The position numbers were made by a program, and so were the translations under genes. Positions 1 through 12,344 of a stretch of DNA of 64,000 nucleotides are shown here, in pieces (the stretch's first letter is position 1; each line of letters begins with the position of its first letter). A model generated the notes under the pieces. The model was given only the letters and a program-made list of their open reading frames with translations, searched no databases and was not told where the DNA came from. This DNA comes from Camelus ferus (Eukaryota): positions 7,068,001-7,132,000 of the forward strand of contig NC_045714.1 of NCBI RefSeq assembly GCF_009834535.1. The letters are read 5' to 3'.

Positions 1-164
1 GATATTTGCTCAGTTGTTGAAACCCCTCCAGTGACACTGTGGTTTGAAAATGACTGACCTAATCCTCATTTTACACAATGGGAAACTGAGGCCCTTCCCT
101 TGCTGTGGGATCCAAAGCTACTGATGGAAATTGGAAAATATTTATTTATTTTACCTTTTTGAAT

Positions 165-260
165 ACCTTTTTATTTTGAAATAGTTTAAGACTCACAAGA
201 AGTTCCAAATCAGTACAGAGTCCTCACACTACCTTTCCCTCAATGATAATATCATATTCT
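165..260 (-). mobile_element. Old L1M 3' end fragment
   Basis: ttttattttgaaatagtttaagactcacaagaagtt...agtacagag matches the recalled L1MA/MB tail. Confidence 0.6.
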
Positions 261-1349
261 TTTTTGAACTGCAAATAAATAATCTTGAAATGTTCATTAC
301 TTTTAAATGCTTTTTACCCATGTAGGTTTGCAGCCAATTCAGGAGGTAGTGCTCTCACAATTGTATTGATAATCCAGATTTGCATTAAAACATCCTGGGA
401 ATTATTTTAGTTAGGGCCACTCTTGCTAACTGAAGTCAAGAGTCCCCCAGATACAAAGGCTCAAAGTCACAGAAACTGACTTCTCATTCTCAGTGGTCTA
501 GGATGGTGTCCCTGTCAGTGGAACGGGCAGTTCTTGGTCTCCTTGAAGGAGACCTAGGCCCTTTAGACTGGGGGGTGGGGCAATGCCTGATGGACAGCTA
601 GTGGGCAGCCGTTCTCTCCCATGATGTTATCACCCAGGAGATCGGGGGACCTAGGTTTTAATTCAGTTTATTATTACTTAGCTAACTCTAGTGGACTTTT
701 TTGTTTGCTTGGTCTTCCTAGGACTCCTTTCTTACTTCTGATAACAGGACTGCTTCTTTCCATGACTTACTTTTGGGAATGGCTCCCCCTCACTCTGCCT
801 AATGTTAATCACACCCCCCCACCCCCAGTCCCAGTGGTCACAAAGGTGAGCATGGGACCCCGACCTGGCCAGTGTCTCCTCCCACACTGAATTCCCTGGA
901 GCGTCTCCAAGCTTCTGTACATCTGCATTCTGTTCTGTTTCCCACTTTGTCTCCCAGGATCATGACCACGCCTTTAGTCTGGGCTCGAGGTCTCTGTGAA
1001 GCCTCCTTCAGGATCTCCTGGGTGCCTTTAGGGGCCTTTCCCTAGATCCCTGTGTGGCCGTATCCCAGCACTTACCCCAGTGCTCTGTACTGGTGGACTT
1101 GCTGGCCTGTTTCAGTTAGGATGCCTTTGGCTGCCGACATCTTACAGGGAGTTTTTCTCAGTTATGTCCTCAGGGCAGAGATACCCCCAGTCCTCCCAGT
1201 AGCTGGACAGGCCTGGGTTTGCTGGTGTTCCTGGACTGCTTACCTTGGTCAGGACCAGCTTTGTCTGGGGCTGTGTCCAGCCTCAGACTAAGCTATTCAT
1301 GGAAATAGTCATTTCCTTTCACTAGTGATTAATTTATCCAGTGGACAGG

Positions 1350-2075
1350 TGGGATATTGTGATTTATAGTGAGAAATATGTATTTGGTTTTCAACATTTC
1401 TTGGCATGGAGCTCCTGAAACCCCTGGAATTTCCTAAGTGCTGTGAGGAATAAAAATATCTTTTGTTATGTTAATGAGGTGACTTTTGGAAAGCCCCTAA
1501 GTAGCCTAAGGATGGGGGCTGGTTGTCAGGGGGAACCAACCCTGAGATGAGAGGGTTGGAACTTTCAGTCTTACCTCCCCTCCTCCCCTCAGAGAGTAAT
1601 CGCCAATGGCCAGTGATTTAATCAACTCTGCCTCTGTAATGGAACCTCCATAAAAACCCAAAAGGACAGACATCAGAGAGCTTCCGGGTTGGGGAACGTA
1701 TGGCGATTCAGAGAGAGCATGAGAGCTCTGGGCCCCTTCCCACATCCTTGCCCCGGGTATCTCTTCCATCTGGCTGTTCCTGAGTTGTGTCCTTTTATAA
1801 TAAACTGGTAACTGGTAAGTAAAATGTTTCTCTGAGTTCTGTGAGCCACCCAGCAAATTAACTGAACTCCAGGGAGGAGGTCTTTGGAACCCCTGATCTA
1901 CAGCTGTTGTCAGAAGCACAGGTGACAACAGGGACTTGTGATTGGCTTCTGAACTGGAGTGGAGGCAGTCCTGTAGGGCTGAGCCCTTAACCTGTGGGAT
2001 CTACAGGTAGGGAGTGTCAGAATTGAATAGGACACCCAGCTGGTGTTGGAGAACTGCTTGGTGTCAGAAAAAACC
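1350..2075 (+). mobile_element. MER21-family LTR (solo)
   Basis: tgggatattgtgatttata...gagctcctgaaacccctggaatttcct...gagggttggaactttcag...ttggtgtcagaa. Confidence 0.8.
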
Positions 2076-2104
2076 CCAAAACATACCTTGGAACATGTGA
2101 CCAA

Positions 2105-2480
2105 ATTCTGCTCAGTAAGACATAGAGGCAATCTCCTGGCACCTCCTGAGAAAGACCTTCCATCCTGAAAAGAAAGAGGCTTGTGAGAAGAAAGCCCTTT
2201 CCTTCCTCATTCCCAGCTTCATCCTCTTCACTCTGGGCGTTGCCATGAGTGGACCAGGTTTCCCCGCACTGTGGCCACCGTCCTGTGGACTCCAGGGGCA
2301 AGCCTGCAGGCAGAAGCTGGGATGCTGAGGTAGGTGGAGAGCAAAAGGGAAAAGAACCTGTGATCTTGCTGACACCACTGAGCCCTGACTCCGCTCTGGG
2401 ACTGCCTACCTCCTGACTTCTCATTAATTGTACTAATAAATGTCCTTATGATTTCAGCCAGCTCTCTCTAGCTTTTTTCA
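2105..2480 (+). mobile_element. MLT1 (J/K-like) MaLR LTR
   Basis: gaaaagaacctgtgatcttgctgacaccactgagc...cctacctcctgacttc...aataaatgtcctta. Confidence 0.65.
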
Positions 2481-3454
2481 CATCAGGATACACGATTAAA
2501 ACAATAATTAATTATTGTCACACCAGGGTAAAATGGCAGAAATTTTGAGGCATTGATATGGAGGCTGGTAAAATAAATTAACCATATTTATGTTATTTCC
2601 TTAAAATATATAAAGTAGTTTTAGAAATTAAATATTATAATTGTATAAAACTTCTTGTTACAAAATATCAGATCTTTACATGAGAAAATTGAGTTTGCAT
2701 CCATAAACACAACTTTTATGTGTCAGATTTTATGCTTAAAGTGGCTACATGTAATTCCTTTTTGGGTCTTTCTAATGATGATCTTGTCACATATTTGATA
2801 GGTACCATCAATGAAAAGCTTTGTGAGTACAGGGAGACTATATAGAAATATACAACTAGTTTTTTAGAACACCCTTTCAGAAATTTCCAATACTAACATT
2901 TTATTTAAAGGCTCTAACAGTAAGGATCTCCTTTGTTGTCACTGGTAAATGTTGGAATTTCTTGTGATGGTGCAAATGGCTTTCAAGTCCAATCAGACTT
3001 AGAGGTGAAATATTGTATATTTTACAATACTGATGAACTGCCACCTGCAGAACACAGAGGTGCGGTTTAAGCAACCCCCTGCAGTGAGCCCGGATCCACT
3101 AAGCGGGCACGGCTGAGGATGCAATGAAGTAACCAGGTTACATAAAGGCAGAGATCAGGACGACTGCCTGCAAGTGGACCAACCAGGAGTTCTGGCCAGA
3201 CGCTGGGCCAGCCCTGGGTCGGTCGGCTTGGGCGCCGTGTGCCTTGGGGATCTGGAACCCCGGGTCCTGCAGCAGCTCCGTGGCGCCTTGGCCACTGTGT
3301 GCAGTAGCAGCAAGCGAGCCCTGCAGCGGGAGTGGACGCCCAGCTGGCAGGGCATCTTCGTGGTCGCATTCGGCACATCAGGCACCCTCAGGGCTGCTCA
3401 GAGGGGGGCCTAAATGAAGACGTGGTGCTTCCTGCTGTGGAGGGTCCATAGCTT

Positions 3455-3560
3455 TGGTATTTGCCAGTTTTCTGTCAGTTGTTAACGACAGAAATCCAAC
3501 TTTGAACTGGCTTTAAACAAGGGAGGGGATTAATGACTCCTACGTCAAAGATGGTGTTCT
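3455..3560 (+). mobile_element. MLT1K/L-like end fragment
   Basis: gttaacgacagaaatccaactttgaactggctttaaac. Confidence 0.5.
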
Positions 3561-3599
3561 CAGGAATGGATTTTTTTTCTTCCTCTTGCTGGCCTGATT

Positions 3600-4170
3600 T
3601 AGAAAAAAATGTATTTCACCAAATTAAATTTGTTTTTAGTTTAGTTTTCATTTTCATCCACGTTGTAAAGGCACGTGGTTTTAAAGAGTTAAATAATTCC
3701 ACAAGGCTTGTTATGAACGAGAGTGATCTCTCCACCCCTATTTTCCAGGCCCCCAAAGAATCACAGTGTAATTATATTTAGACAAATATTCAATGTTCGC
3801 ATTATGTAAATCCTGGTCATAGTTGTGCCATAGGATATTCTGATTATTTTTCCTGTTCTGCACAACTTTTTGTTTTCATTAGAGTTAAAATTTTCCCTCT
3901 TCTGTTTATCTGCTTACTTTTCTGTGCACTAATTCATCTGAATCCTACCACTACCACCGCAATGTGTAACTCTCTTCTCACTGTATTCAAATACTTCACC
4001 ATTTCTATCGCATTCATGTTCTGAAGGTTCTTCCGTGTGGGCTGGAGCAGCTGAGCAGCTGTGTCTTGGGCCGCTGTCTTTATCATCATCCTGGAGATTT
4101 CACAGGCTTCCTCCTGATGGCAGATGCCCTGGTTTTACAGATCTCGTGTCTCCACTTGGTTTATTCTCCA
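3600..4170 (-). mobile_element. Degraded L1ME/L1M5 fragment
   Basis: T-rich degraded L1-like sequence; weak recall match only. Confidence 0.4.
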
Positions 4171-4279
4171 CCATCCACTTTGTGTGTGTGTGTGTGTAGC
4201 AGACTCCTGTGACAAAGTAGAAGGAAAGTACATTTCAAGATCGAACATGTGTATCCTCATACTTTTATTGATTTGAGTT

Positions 4280-4677
4280 TAAAATGCTAGGCTGGATAGA
4301 CTATTACTCAGCAGTGAAAAGGAACACATGACAGATACACATAAAAACTTGGATGAATCCCAGAAGCAGTCGGTTGAGTAAGAGAAACCAGTCTCAAAGG
4401 TTACCTACTGTAGGATTCCATTTGTAGGACACTCTCTAAAAGCCAAAATGATGGTGATGGAGAACAGAGCAGTGATGGCCAGGGTTGAAGGGTGAGGGGA
4501 AGCCTTGGGTACAAATGGGCAACACCATGGAGATTTTGAGGGTGGGGGATTGAACTGTTTGGTGTCCTGACTGTGGGGGTGGTCACCCAAATCTAGACAT
4601 GTGTTAAAATTCATAGAACTGTATGCTGAACGAAAAAAGTCACTGTCTGTATTACAAAACAAAAGCAAAAGAAACAC
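4280..4677 (+). mobile_element. L1MB/MC 3' UTR
   Basis: actattactcagcagtgaaaaggaac...ggattccatttgtagg...gttaaaattcatagaactgta followed by an A-rich tail. Confidence 0.8.
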
Positions 4678-5329
4678 CCTAGGTTATAATTCTAGTTGAT
4701 TCTTGTTGTTCGAGGGAGCGTGTCCTGCAGTTACCATAACCACCAAATTAGCCAATACTGAGCTGCTGTCCGGGAGAAATACAGAGTTGGGTTCCTTTGA
4801 GCCCCTGGTCATGACATTTTCATCCGCCCATCAGTCCATAATCCTATTTTGTGTGTGTTTCTGTTGAAGGACAACTTATTTCATATGCACTGTTTATTCA
4901 TGAGCATCGGACTCTGCCAACAGAGCGGCTGCCTGTGCCCGAGCCACACTCCTCCCCTGCACCCATGTTCCCCACGGGGCGCATGGGAGCTCCTTGCACC
5001 AAGAGCAGTTCAGCGCAAGCTTGGGGCCGTTTCAAACGGTTTGAAATCACTGACAAGAAGCACACACAAAAACCGTGGCCCTAAATGCACTGTGAAGAGG
5101 ACACTTGCTTAGACACGAGATCGGGAAGGGAAGGCAGCGCGTTGCCTTGGTTGGCCCCAGCTGGAAACGTGTGCTTCACGGGACTCAGATTTTGTGCTGC
5201 TCTGCACGTGTCTCTAAATGACCTGAAAAGCACCTCAAGTATTGATTTTGGTGTTAAAAGTATATTGTAGTGAGTAGATAAATTCCAAATACTGAATCCA
5301 CTAATAATGAGGATCAGCTATAACCGTCC

Positions 5330-6650
5330 CTCAGAAATTTGGTGGCCTCGCTCCACTGTCCTTGACTTTTTCATGTCGATGCCATTCTGATAGTTGTACC
5401 TTTTGATAAAAACTTCATATTTTTCCCACCAGCTTTTAATTACTTTTCCTTGTCTTTCTGTAGTCTGAATTTTAATGATGATGTTTATTTGTTGGGTCTA
5501 TATCCACTCATTGCATGGATCCCTGCTGCCTAATAACTCATGTCCTCTGGCTCTGGGACATTTTTTTGGGCTTTTTCCCCTTTCCCTCTGTCTTCTCTGT
5601 TCTCTTTCTAGAACTCCCAGTATTTGGGACTGGAACTCCTGCATTGGTCCTCTCCTTTCCAATTTATCATTTCTCTCCAAGTTCCATGTCTTGATTTATT
5701 TTGCTCTACTTTCTGGAGTATTTCTTCAACTGTATCATCCAAGCTTTCTATTTAGTTTTTCATTTCTGCAGTCGTATTTTTAATTTCTCAGAACTCTTCT
5801 TTGTTATCCGAATTTTTAAAAAATTGACATCTGACTCTTACGTGTGGCTGCGGTATTTTCTCTTTTTGACGATGTTAATGTTTTAGGGGGAGAGATTTTT
5901 CTTCCTCCTGCGTAGTTTTGACTCCCTCCGTGTGGCCTGACTTTGGCTGTTTGGTTCTTTTAGCTTGTCTTTCAGGTGTCTTCAAAGGTCTTGTGGACGT
6001 TGGGTGTCCAGGCATCTCCTAGAAGGAGGCACCGAAGACCTGATGGGCGGCTCTGAGAGCTCGGGATGAGGGCGGTTGCTTGTCAAGCCTGAGCATCACT
6101 GTAGGATGACCTGGCTGGGCTGTGTCACTGCCCACCCCACCCCCTTCACCCACATATCAGTATCTTTAGGTTTTCTTTTTCTACACCAAGCAAAATTTCC
6201 AGAGAATCCTCATCCACTTGCCTGCCTGGAGGACATCAGCCTTCCTGCCTGTGGCCTTGGAGGGGGGGGGGGAGGTGAGAGGTGGCGTGGAGAATCTCAG
6301 CAATCAGAATGTAACCTTTCACCTGCTCCTCTGTTTTCAGTTCAGTCCCTGAGCCTGAAGCTCCCTGTCCCCTGACCTTCTTTTCTATCCTCTCAAAAGC
6401 CCAAAGTCCAGATGTGGAAACTGGTTTGAAGAGAGCTGGATGCCCAGCGTGTGGCATGGGGGAGGGGAGCAAAGGCTTCTAGCTCTTTCTTAGATTTTCA
6501 CACACTCATCCTTTTTGGGTCACATTTTTACCTCCAACTTGCAGAGGTTTCTCGTGCCACTAATTCCTGAGCGTCTCCAGGGCTTTGCAGGATGCACGGT
6601 TCCTTCCTGGCCTTTCCCACGGCCAGCTTAGGAGGCAGCTTTCCTGAGAT
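5330..6650 (-). mobile_element. HAL1/L1M ORF1-region remnant
   Basis: Pyrimidine-rich antisense ORF1-like segment (tttccaatttatcatttctctc...tttttaatttctcagaactcttc). Confidence 0.55.
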
Positions 6651-6769
6651 GGCTGGTTCAGTGGCCACTTGTTCACCTGCTTTCTAGTGTTGCAAGATAA
6701 TTCTCAGAAAAGGTAGAGTCATGGCTCCCATACAGACAGGAAAGTGAACACACCTTAAAGATTTTAAGA

Positions 6770-6970
6770 TTTTAACGGGTTGGGGAGAGTGTGGCTATAA
6801 AGGGGCAGGATGAGGGTCTTTTCTGGTGGGGGTGATGGAACTGTTCTGTATCCTGCTTGTGGGGGTGGTTACACATGTCGATATAGGGGTTAAAATTTAT
6901 AAAACTGTACATCTAAAGAAACAAAATCAAATGATCTGCATTTTAAATTAGAAAATAAAATAAAAATACA
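6770..6970 (+). mobile_element. L1MC/ME 3' end
   Basis: ggtgatggaactgttctgtatcctg...ggtggttacac...aaaactgtaca followed by an A-rich tail. Confidence 0.75.
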
Positions 6971-7164
6971 TTAATTAATGAAAAATTTAAGACGAGGCTT
7001 TACCTTTGGAAGGGTGTGTAGTCTGAATCCCTAGCAGTGGGCTCTGTGGAGGCGAGATCTGAGGCTCAGGGAGAGGCTGTGTGTATTAATAGATTTCTAC
7101 ACACCTCTCCTCCTCTGATGCTGAATTAGAGGCAAGTTGGTCTCCAGTTTCCAATTTCTCCTCC

Positions 7165-7378
7165 TGTGTTGGCAGAGTAATGCCCCGCCCCCCAAGATGT
7201 CCAAGTCCTTATTCCTGGAAACTGTCACCTTAATAGCAACAAGGACCTTGCAGATGTGACCAAATGAAGGATCTCAGATTGCGGAGATGATCCTGGACTT
7301 CCTGGGTGGGCCCAATGTCATCACAAGGGTCCTTATAAAACGGAGGCAGGAGGAGATGTGGAGACCAAAGAAGAGGTC

Positions 7379-7410
<32 letters not shown>

Positions 7411-7679
7411 TGAGTGAGAGAGAGAGAGAGAGGCTTGAAGTTGCTACCCTGATGGATTTGAAGATGGAGGAAGGGGCCATGAGCCAAGGAATGCAGGCAC
7501 CTCTAGATGCTGGAAACGACCAGGAAATGGATTCTCCCCTTAAACCTCCAGAAGGAATGCAGCTTTGCCGACATGACATCTTGGCTCTGCGACTTCTGCA
7601 CTGTAGATAATGGCCACTTAGTATTTTGAAGACATTAAATTGTGGTAATTTGCTATGGCAGCTTTACGAAACCAGTACA
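7165..7679 (+). mobile_element. MLT1D-like solo LTR with internal (GA)n at about 7379-7431
   Basis: TG...CA ends; gggtgggcccaatgtcatcacaagggtcctta, gaagatggaggaaggggccatgagccaaggaatgcagg. Confidence 0.85.
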
Positions 7680-7789
7680 GCTCTGTTCACACAGTCACTC
7701 CATGTCCCTGCTCTGTGAATGTGTTCGTCCTTTGGCTCCTCCTTTGACCTGGTTCTAACACCTCCATCAGGAACCAGACCTGCTCAAAA

Positions 7790-7911
7790 CCTTAAATGCA
7801 GCCCAGTGAGACTGTGTTTGGACTTTTGACCTCCACGGCTGTAAGATAATGCATTTGTGTTGTGTCAAGGCACTAAGCTTGTGGTAATCTGGTACAGTAG
7901 TGAGAGGAAAC
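7790..7911 (+). mobile_element. MLT1 3' fragment
   Basis: gacttttgacctccacggctgtaagataatgcatttgtgttg...ggtaatctggtacag. Confidence 0.7.
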
Positions 7912-8020
7912 TTCCCTCTGCTTTGGGACACAAAGGGAATTTTAGTGCCTGTGCCCGAGATGAACAGGTGGGTGTGGAGAAGTGCTTGAAAAACTCACGA
8001 ACCTAGTAACTCAAAACGAA

Positions 8021-8052
8021 GCCTGCAGCCTGCAGCCTGCAGCCTGCAGCCT
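8021..8052. repeat. (GCCTGCA)4.5 tandem repeat
   Basis: Seen directly. Confidence 0.9.
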
Positions 8053-8755
8053 GGGTTAGAGTATGCTTTTATCGTATCAGGAGCACTTAAAAGGTTTTTG
8101 AAATGCATTCAAGGCCCCAAACTCCTATTAACGTAACAGAAATCCAGCTAAAAGTGTGAGACACAGAGATCATGTTGGGTCAGCATTTTTGTCTGACCAC
8201 AGTGTATGAAAGGGTCCCAAGACCTCCTCTGGTCAAAGGAGATGAAGTTGGTGTTAATGAGACCACGTCCAGGAGGTGTCAGAGGCAGACGAAAGGTACA
8301 CAGTGACGGTCACTGACTTTCATCTTTTTCACCACGCTGCCAAGATGACTCGATGGCTGAAATATCACAACTGACTTCCTTTTTGATTTTTAGCAGAGAT
8401 TTCATCGCTTGCTTCATCTTTTTTTGTTGGCAGATATGTGACATATTTTTTTCCAAAAAACTTATTCAGCACTTCAAGGTGTCATTACTCTTCAGCCCTG
8501 TGTCCTAGCATATTTGGCTCAAGTTAAAAAAAAAAAGAAAAAAGATGACTTTAGTGTGTACACTTGGCTGACCAGTCCTAGAGTAAGAAGGAGAACGAAA
8601 GTGAACAGAATTGACCAAGAAGATTTCAGGAAGGTCTCATAGCAGCTCATTTCTGGCACGAGTTCCACATTACATATATATACTTTTTTTCCCTTAAAGT
8701 CTTCTTACCTGGGAAATGCTGAAAGAGACACACAAATAGGTTAGGGCCCAGGTTC

Positions 8756-8830
8756 TGTTGTGGGTTGAATTGTGGACCCTCCAAAAATTATATTGGTTGA
8801 ATCCCTAACCCTAACCCTAACCCCTGAATT
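8756..8830 (+). mobile_element. MLT1 5' fragment containing (CCCTAA)3
   Basis: tgttgtgggttgaattgtggaccctccaaaaattatattggttgaatccctaaccctaaccctaaccc. Confidence 0.7.
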
Positions 8831-8874
8831 GAACCCCTGGTTAAATCTGGGGACACTGTAGCTCATACTCAGCT

Positions 8875-9131
8875 GTTGTCTCAGTCAGCGTGGGCAGCTG
8901 TAACAAAAATCCATAGACAGGGTTTGTATGTGGGAGGGGGGGGCTTCAAAAGCATAAATTTGTCTCTCACATTTTTAGACGCTGGGATGTCCAAGGTCAA
9001 GGTGCCAGCCAATCTGTTTCTGGGTGGGAGCTCTCCTTCCGGTCTGCAGATAACTGTACATGGCAGAGAGGCAGAGAAAGAACAGGGGTGGTGCAGTGGT
9101 GGAGGGGACACAAACATTCAGTCCACAGCAG
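8875..9131 (-). mobile_element. MLT1A/B/C-like LTR, internally deleted
   Basis: tgtctcagtcag...gctgtaacaaaaatccatagac...tccaaggtcaaggtgccagc...aacattcagtccacagca. Confidence 0.75.
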
Positions 9132-9139
9132 CTGTGTAG

Positions 9140-9484
9140 ATCTGCTCTGTTCAAGGTGGCAGCCCCTAGCCACACGTGGCCACTGAGCCCTTGAAATGTG
9201 GCTAGTCCAAATCGAGATGTCCTGTGAGTGTGACACACATATGAGATTTTGAGCACACAGTACCAAAAAAAAAAAAAAAAAAAACAAACAAACCCAACAG
9301 TGAAAGATCTCATTAGTAATTTTTAATATTGACTACATACTCATCTGTTTTGACTCTAATGGGTTAAATGAAATGCACACTCCAAATTATCTCACCTGCT
9401 CATTTCTGCCTCTGTAGGAAAGTAGCTGCTAGAACACTTTAACTGATCCGGGTGGATGGCATTGTATTTCTATTGGACTGAGCA
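9140..9484. mobile_element. MER33/MER3-like hAT-Charlie MITE
   Basis: agcccctagccacacgtggccactgagcccttgaaatgtggctagt...tatttctattggac. Confidence 0.75.
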
Positions 9485-11244
9485 GGTCTCTACCCTTGCA
9501 CCTGTTGGTCATTAGCTGAGGGCTTGGGTAAGGCATTTCTAGCTCCCCTGATCCCAGGCAAAACTGGCTGTGGCAGCTCGAGGTGGACAAAGAGCCCAAG
9601 CACGGGGCTGCTGGGAGCAGGAGCGCGCTGGGAGTCCGTGTGCGGGGAAATGGGAGCGATCCTCAGGGGTGCGCTGTCCTGACGTCATCTGTTCTAATCT
9701 GTGTAATCCTTACACCATGACTTTGTTATATTTTCATTTATAGGAACTTCTTTTAAAACAAAAGTTGATCATAAGCAATATCATGGTGGCATCTCAGGCT
9801 TGGCACACTTGTGATATTTATTTCTGAGATACATTAAAATAAACACGAAACAATTAAAATAGAATCATATTTATCTCCCGTCTCACCAATGGCACAGATT
9901 TTGGAACATTCTGGCAAAAACCAAGTCTGTTAATCTTCAGCAAAGGAATTCTGTTGAAAGGGCAGTCAATCATTCTCTGATATGTGTAATTATGACTTTC
10001 CTTCTCTTCGATTTTATGAAGCCATTTGAATTCTTCCAATGTGTTACTTTGACACTTAATGCAATGTTTATGCAACAATCATAAAAATTAATTGTCTTCC
10101 TTCTAGAAACTATTTAAAATACCCATCCTTGGCCTGCCTTATTGACATGTGCACATTAAAGTGAGACTATGTGACAATAATAATTTTACAACAATGAATA
10201 AATGTCAAATTAGTTACGTTAAAACAGTAATTTGTCTGCTTCCTTTCTAGTATGTATAATTATTAATTTGGGGGAAGTGTGCAGGAAATATTAAGTATCT
10301 TGTCAGAGCTGAGGTTCAACCTCCTAAGTGATGTTTACTTTTTCTTCTGAAATGTATTATTTGGGAGTTTCCTTCTTGTCCAGATCTGTTACTTGGTGGT
10401 CAGTATGTTTTAGGGAAGTTCCAGACTGTGTCTTAGATTTCAAACCAGTGGCTAGAAGGTGTTGATGGCAATATAACCAGGACTTTCTGTTTATGAAAAC
10501 TTTGTGTTTTTTTTTTTTTTTTTTTTTTTTTTTTTGGTGAGAGAGGGGGCAGGTTTTTCTTCTGTTATGATAAGGATTGTACCTTCTTCATTTGCCAGGA
10601 TATCTACGCAGCTAAAACTAGAAAGCACATGTGCTTCTTTTCATTCTTTGAATATTTCCTTAAATACATATCCTCAAAAACTCTTCCCAATGTAGGCTTA
10701 ACTTTTTTGGCAGCGTTCTTTGCCGTCATCTAAGATGATATGAAGAGATGAACTGAATCTCTCTCTCTCCTGTAATTATACCTAGTTTGTAACTTTTACA
10801 CAAGTAATTTTTCAGGTGTATGCTTCCAGCACTCTTTCATTGGAGATGCACTTGGTGAAAAGCAATGTGGATATAATTGGGGTTTGTGGGTGTAAATGGG
10901 GGCTCTGGTAGATTGAGGTTTAGCTCCCGAACTCCTCTTTACTGTAATATGGTCCTATTGCAGAATCTCTTACTAGAAATTACAGGGTGCAATGTTCGGC
11001 ATGATTTTCCTGAAGGCTTGACTATTAAAGCTGTTAACTGCGGCTGTTGGCAGAGCCCAGAGACCCAGGCTGTTCTGTAGGCCCCTCACTAATCCTTGGC
11101 CAGTTCAAAGCCCACCTGCCTTTTGCAGGGGCCAGCCCGCGCCCCACCTGTCTTTTGGGTTTGCTTTGGGCAGGCCCCTCCCCCTCTCTGTCCCCCAGGC
11201 TGGGACCTGCCTCTGAGCGCTCAGCTCTTGCTCTTATCCTCTCT

Positions 11245-11312
11245 CTTTCTCCTCCTCCTCCCCTTCCTCCTCCTCCTCCCCTTCCTCCTCCTCCTCCTCC
11301 CCTTCCTCCTCC
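11245..11312. repeat. (CTC)n/CCCCTT polypyrimidine tract
   Basis: Seen directly. Confidence 0.9.
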
Positions 11313-11333
11313 ACTCACATTCCTTCTAGAAGA

Positions 11334-11540
11334 CAGGGCTGGGACTAGGGTGAGGGGGGTCTTGCAAGCAAAGGGGTAGAGCCTGTCCTTTTAAAATTTT
11401 TTATATTTGTTCATTGTGGATTTTTTGCATTAATTAAAAAATATTGCATTAAATATTATTTATCATGATTACTTGAGTTTTTCGGTGCTGCCTCTAATTT
11501 TTCACCTGAGGTGAGTGCCTCACTCTAAACTTGGCCCTCT
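11334..11540. mobile_element. hAT-Tip100-like MITE, internally deleted (same family as copies at 37.7 kb and 54.2 kb)
   Basis: cagggctgggactagggtgagg and ttgttcattgtggattttttgcatt...gagtgcctcac are shared with the other copies. Confidence 0.6.
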
Positions 11541-11910
11541 TTCCTGATAAACTGGAGTAAATGCAGCACAGTCTTGACAATTCTTGCGTCTGGATAATGA
11601 GTATGTGGGGGGTCCTACTATTCTCCATGTTTGAATTTTTCCAGTAAAAATACAACTTTACAAAAGTAAATACAAATGCATGTGTTTATACATAATATAC
11701 ATGTAATAGGGAAAGCTCTGTTGTGTTGTTTTACATATATTATATATAAGTACAAGTATTAATTATAACTTTTTCCTTATGTTAAAAGTTCTATGTTTAT
11801 ATTGTAAAAATTTGGAAAATATTTTTGCAAGTATGATGAAAAAGATTAAACCCCACCTCTCAGAGGCTCAATGATATTTTAACGTACTGCTGTCCCATCT
11901 TTTGTGCGCT

Positions 11911-11950
11911 CGCGTGCGCGCGCGTGTGTGTGTGTGTACACGTACATATA
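11911..11950. repeat. Alternating (CG)/(TG) tract
   Basis: cgcgtgcgcgcgcgtgtgtgtgtgtgtacacgtacatata. Confidence 0.9.
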
Positions 11951-12344
11951 AGATGACATCAACCAGGGGCAGATGAGGACATCAGTTAGAAGGGCCCCCT
12001 GGCATGGAGATTTGGGCCTTCAACATTTTCAAATTTCATAATATACGCAACTGGCACCTTCTATTTTTGCTTACTGTATAATGTCATTAAATATTCACAA
12101 AATGATTAAAAATAACCTCTTTCATGTCTAATTCTGATTATAAAAGGAATATATGTTAATTTTAGAAAATTCCATGTTTGTATGTGAATGTGCACTACCT
12201 ACCAAATTATCCTCCTACTGTTCATACTATGTTGAGTTATATATTTTTACGGAACAAGGAATCACGAATATTTTTCCACGTCAGTCATATCCCATGATCT
12301 TTAATGGCTACCTTGTATTCCTGCAGGTTTTGGCATCTTGACTG

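Noticed and set aside
11034-11379. Gly-rich and Pro-rich ORFs
   Set aside because: Translation of the (CTC)n simple repeat.
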